Shown here: in pieces, positions 63,080 to 64,000 of the stretch
How positions within the stretch are numbered: position 1 is the stretch's first letter
Layout: each line of letters begins with the position of its first letter
Assembly: GCA_965552055.1 (NCBI GenBank)
Contig: CBEVQO010000001.1
Coordinates: 406,779 to 470,778, forward strand
Direction of reading: 5' to 3'
Length of the DNA: 64,000 bases
Origin: an uncultured bacterium
Lineage (GTDB): Bacteria > Hydrothermota > UBA3073 > NMUJ01 > CBEVQO01
The notes under the pieces: generated by a model
The model's database searches: none
What the model was told of the DNA's origin: nothing
Seen by the model: the letters and a program-made list of their open reading frames with translations, nothing else
Program-made: the position numbers and the translations under genes

Positions 63080-63855
63080 GAAAACCTTTAATAGCAGGAA
63101 ACTGGAAGATGCACAAATTGATAACGGAGACGAGGGAATATGTGAAAGATTTGAAAAAGAGAATCGAGAACATTGAATATGTTGAAGTAGCAATAGCTCC
63201 ACCTTTCACCGTGCTATTTGTAGCAAAAGCCAATATGGGTGGCTCAAACCTGAAGCTCGCTGCTCAGGATGTCTTCTGGGAGGACGAAGGAGCATACACA
63301 GGTGAGATTTCACCAAAATTCCTGTGGGATCTGGGATGCGATTATGTAATAATCGGACATTCCGAAAGAAGAAAATATTTCGGAGAAACAGACGAAGATG
63401 TAAATAAGAAAATAAAAGCTGCTTTGCGACACAATATCATCCCGGTTGTATGCGTGGGCGAAACATTAGAAGAAAGAGAAAAAGGAATAACTTTTGATGT
63501 CTTAAAAAGACAATTTTCAGCATTCAACGACCTATCACCCGATGATATGAAGAAACTGGTAATCGCATACGAGCCCGTCTGGGCAATAGGCACAGGCAAA
63601 ACAGCTACCCCTGATACCGCTCAGGAAGCACAATCTTTTATCAGAAATTTAATCAAAGAAAAATTTAACGAAGATGTGGCACAAAAAGTAAGGATTTTAT
63701 ACGGCGGAAGTATAAAACCCGATAATATTGCTGATCTGGTTGCACAACCTGATATTGATGGTGGACTCGTAGGAGGTGCAAGTTTAAATGTTGATAGTTT
63801 TTATAAGATAATTGAGAATACGGAAAAAGTTTACAAAGAAAAATGCGTGGCTTAA
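63067..63855 (+). CDS. tpiA: Triosephosphate isomerase
   Basis: AGNWKMH, GHSERR, AYEPVWAIGTG and GGSIKP motifs. Confidence 0.93.
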   Translation: MHKLRKPLIAGNWKMHKLITETREYVKDLKKRIENIEYVEVAIAPPFTVLFVAKANMGGSNLKLAAQDVFWEDEGAYTGEISPKFLWDLGCDYVIIGHSERRKYFGETDEDVNKKIKAALRHNIIPVVCVGETLEEREKGITFDVLKRQFSAFNDLSPDDMKKLVIAYEPVWAIGTGKTATPDTAQEAQSFIRNLIKEKFNEDVAQKVRILYGGSIKPDNIADLVAQPDIDGGLVGGASLNVDSFYKIIENTEKVYKEKCVA

Positions 63856-64000
63856 TTACTGGCATACATGTATTTGTTTCAATACTATTGATTCTGGCGA
63901 TACTTCTTCATCAGCCTCAGAGGGGTGGTTTAAGCGTATTTCTTGGAGGCGGAGGCGAATTCTTCGGCGGTAGAGGCGCTGCTCCTTTCCTCACAAAGAC
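63843..64000 (+). CDS. secG: Preprotein translocase subunit SecG; the 3' end runs past the window
   Basis: ATG at 63843; MRGLITGIHVFVSILLILAILLHQPQRGGLSVFLGGGGEFFGGRGAAPFLTK is the TM1 plus Gly-rich loop of SecG; classic tpiA-secG linkage. Confidence 0.75.
   Translation, partial: MRGLITGIHVFVSILLILAILLHQPQRGGLSVFLGGGGEFFGGRGAAPFLTK

Overview
This is a 64 kb AT-rich (about 35% GC), densely packed bacterial chromosomal segment; only one short stretch looks like accessory DNA. The proteins are K/E/I-rich, which suggests a thermophile or anaerobe. The lineage looks diderm: there is a LapA/LapB-like pair, an LpxL/HtrB-family acyltransferase, a beta-barrel-like protein and a cargo protein carrying a type IX secretion C-terminal sorting domain (T9SS CTD), which points to the FCB group. 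Part 1 in brief: housekeeping genes dominate. These are tdh, a UvrD-family helicase, comM/yifB, a ROK glucokinase, fabH, mreBCD, glmS plus a glmM-like mutase, DUF72, mpg, tRNA-Leu(CAA), lapAB-like, uvrC, recG, queD-queE-queC, a thymidine phosphorylase, gltX, rmlA-like/rmlD, ymdB, hflX, the rpsP-KH-trmD-rplS-rnhB-yraN-pcm operon and rpmF-plsX-tpiA-secG. Part 2 in brief, the most notable observations. (1) A recurring promoter of the form TTGACA-N11-TGNT-TA(T/A)AAT with the start codon only 5-7 nt past the -10, which implies many leaderless mRNAs. (2) A coiled-coil protein encoded by about 8.5 tandem 42-bp repeats and ending in a PD-(D/E)XK-like domain (DUF3782-like). (3) A translationally coupled trio of a secreted protein with CarboxypepD_reg repeats, a 1001-aa membrane-anchored coiled-coil giant and DUF58, with no MoxR ATPase; this is the best candidate for an uncharacterised system. 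(4) A standalone MvhD-like Fe-S protein coupled to comM. (5) A GGGPS/PcrB-family ether-lipid prenyltransferase overlapping gltX. (6) A GC-rich dispersed repeat family with three copies, two of which flank ymdB. (7) An amino-acid permease fused to a PTS EIIA-2 domain. (8) A retropepsin-like protease inserted between glmM and glmS. (9) A bacterial EndoQ-like PHP nuclease inside a cell-shape/lipid operon. (10) Several convergent gene pairs that share overlapping stop codons. Nothing was run: all family assignments come from reading the translations and should be confirmed by HMM or BLAST searches.
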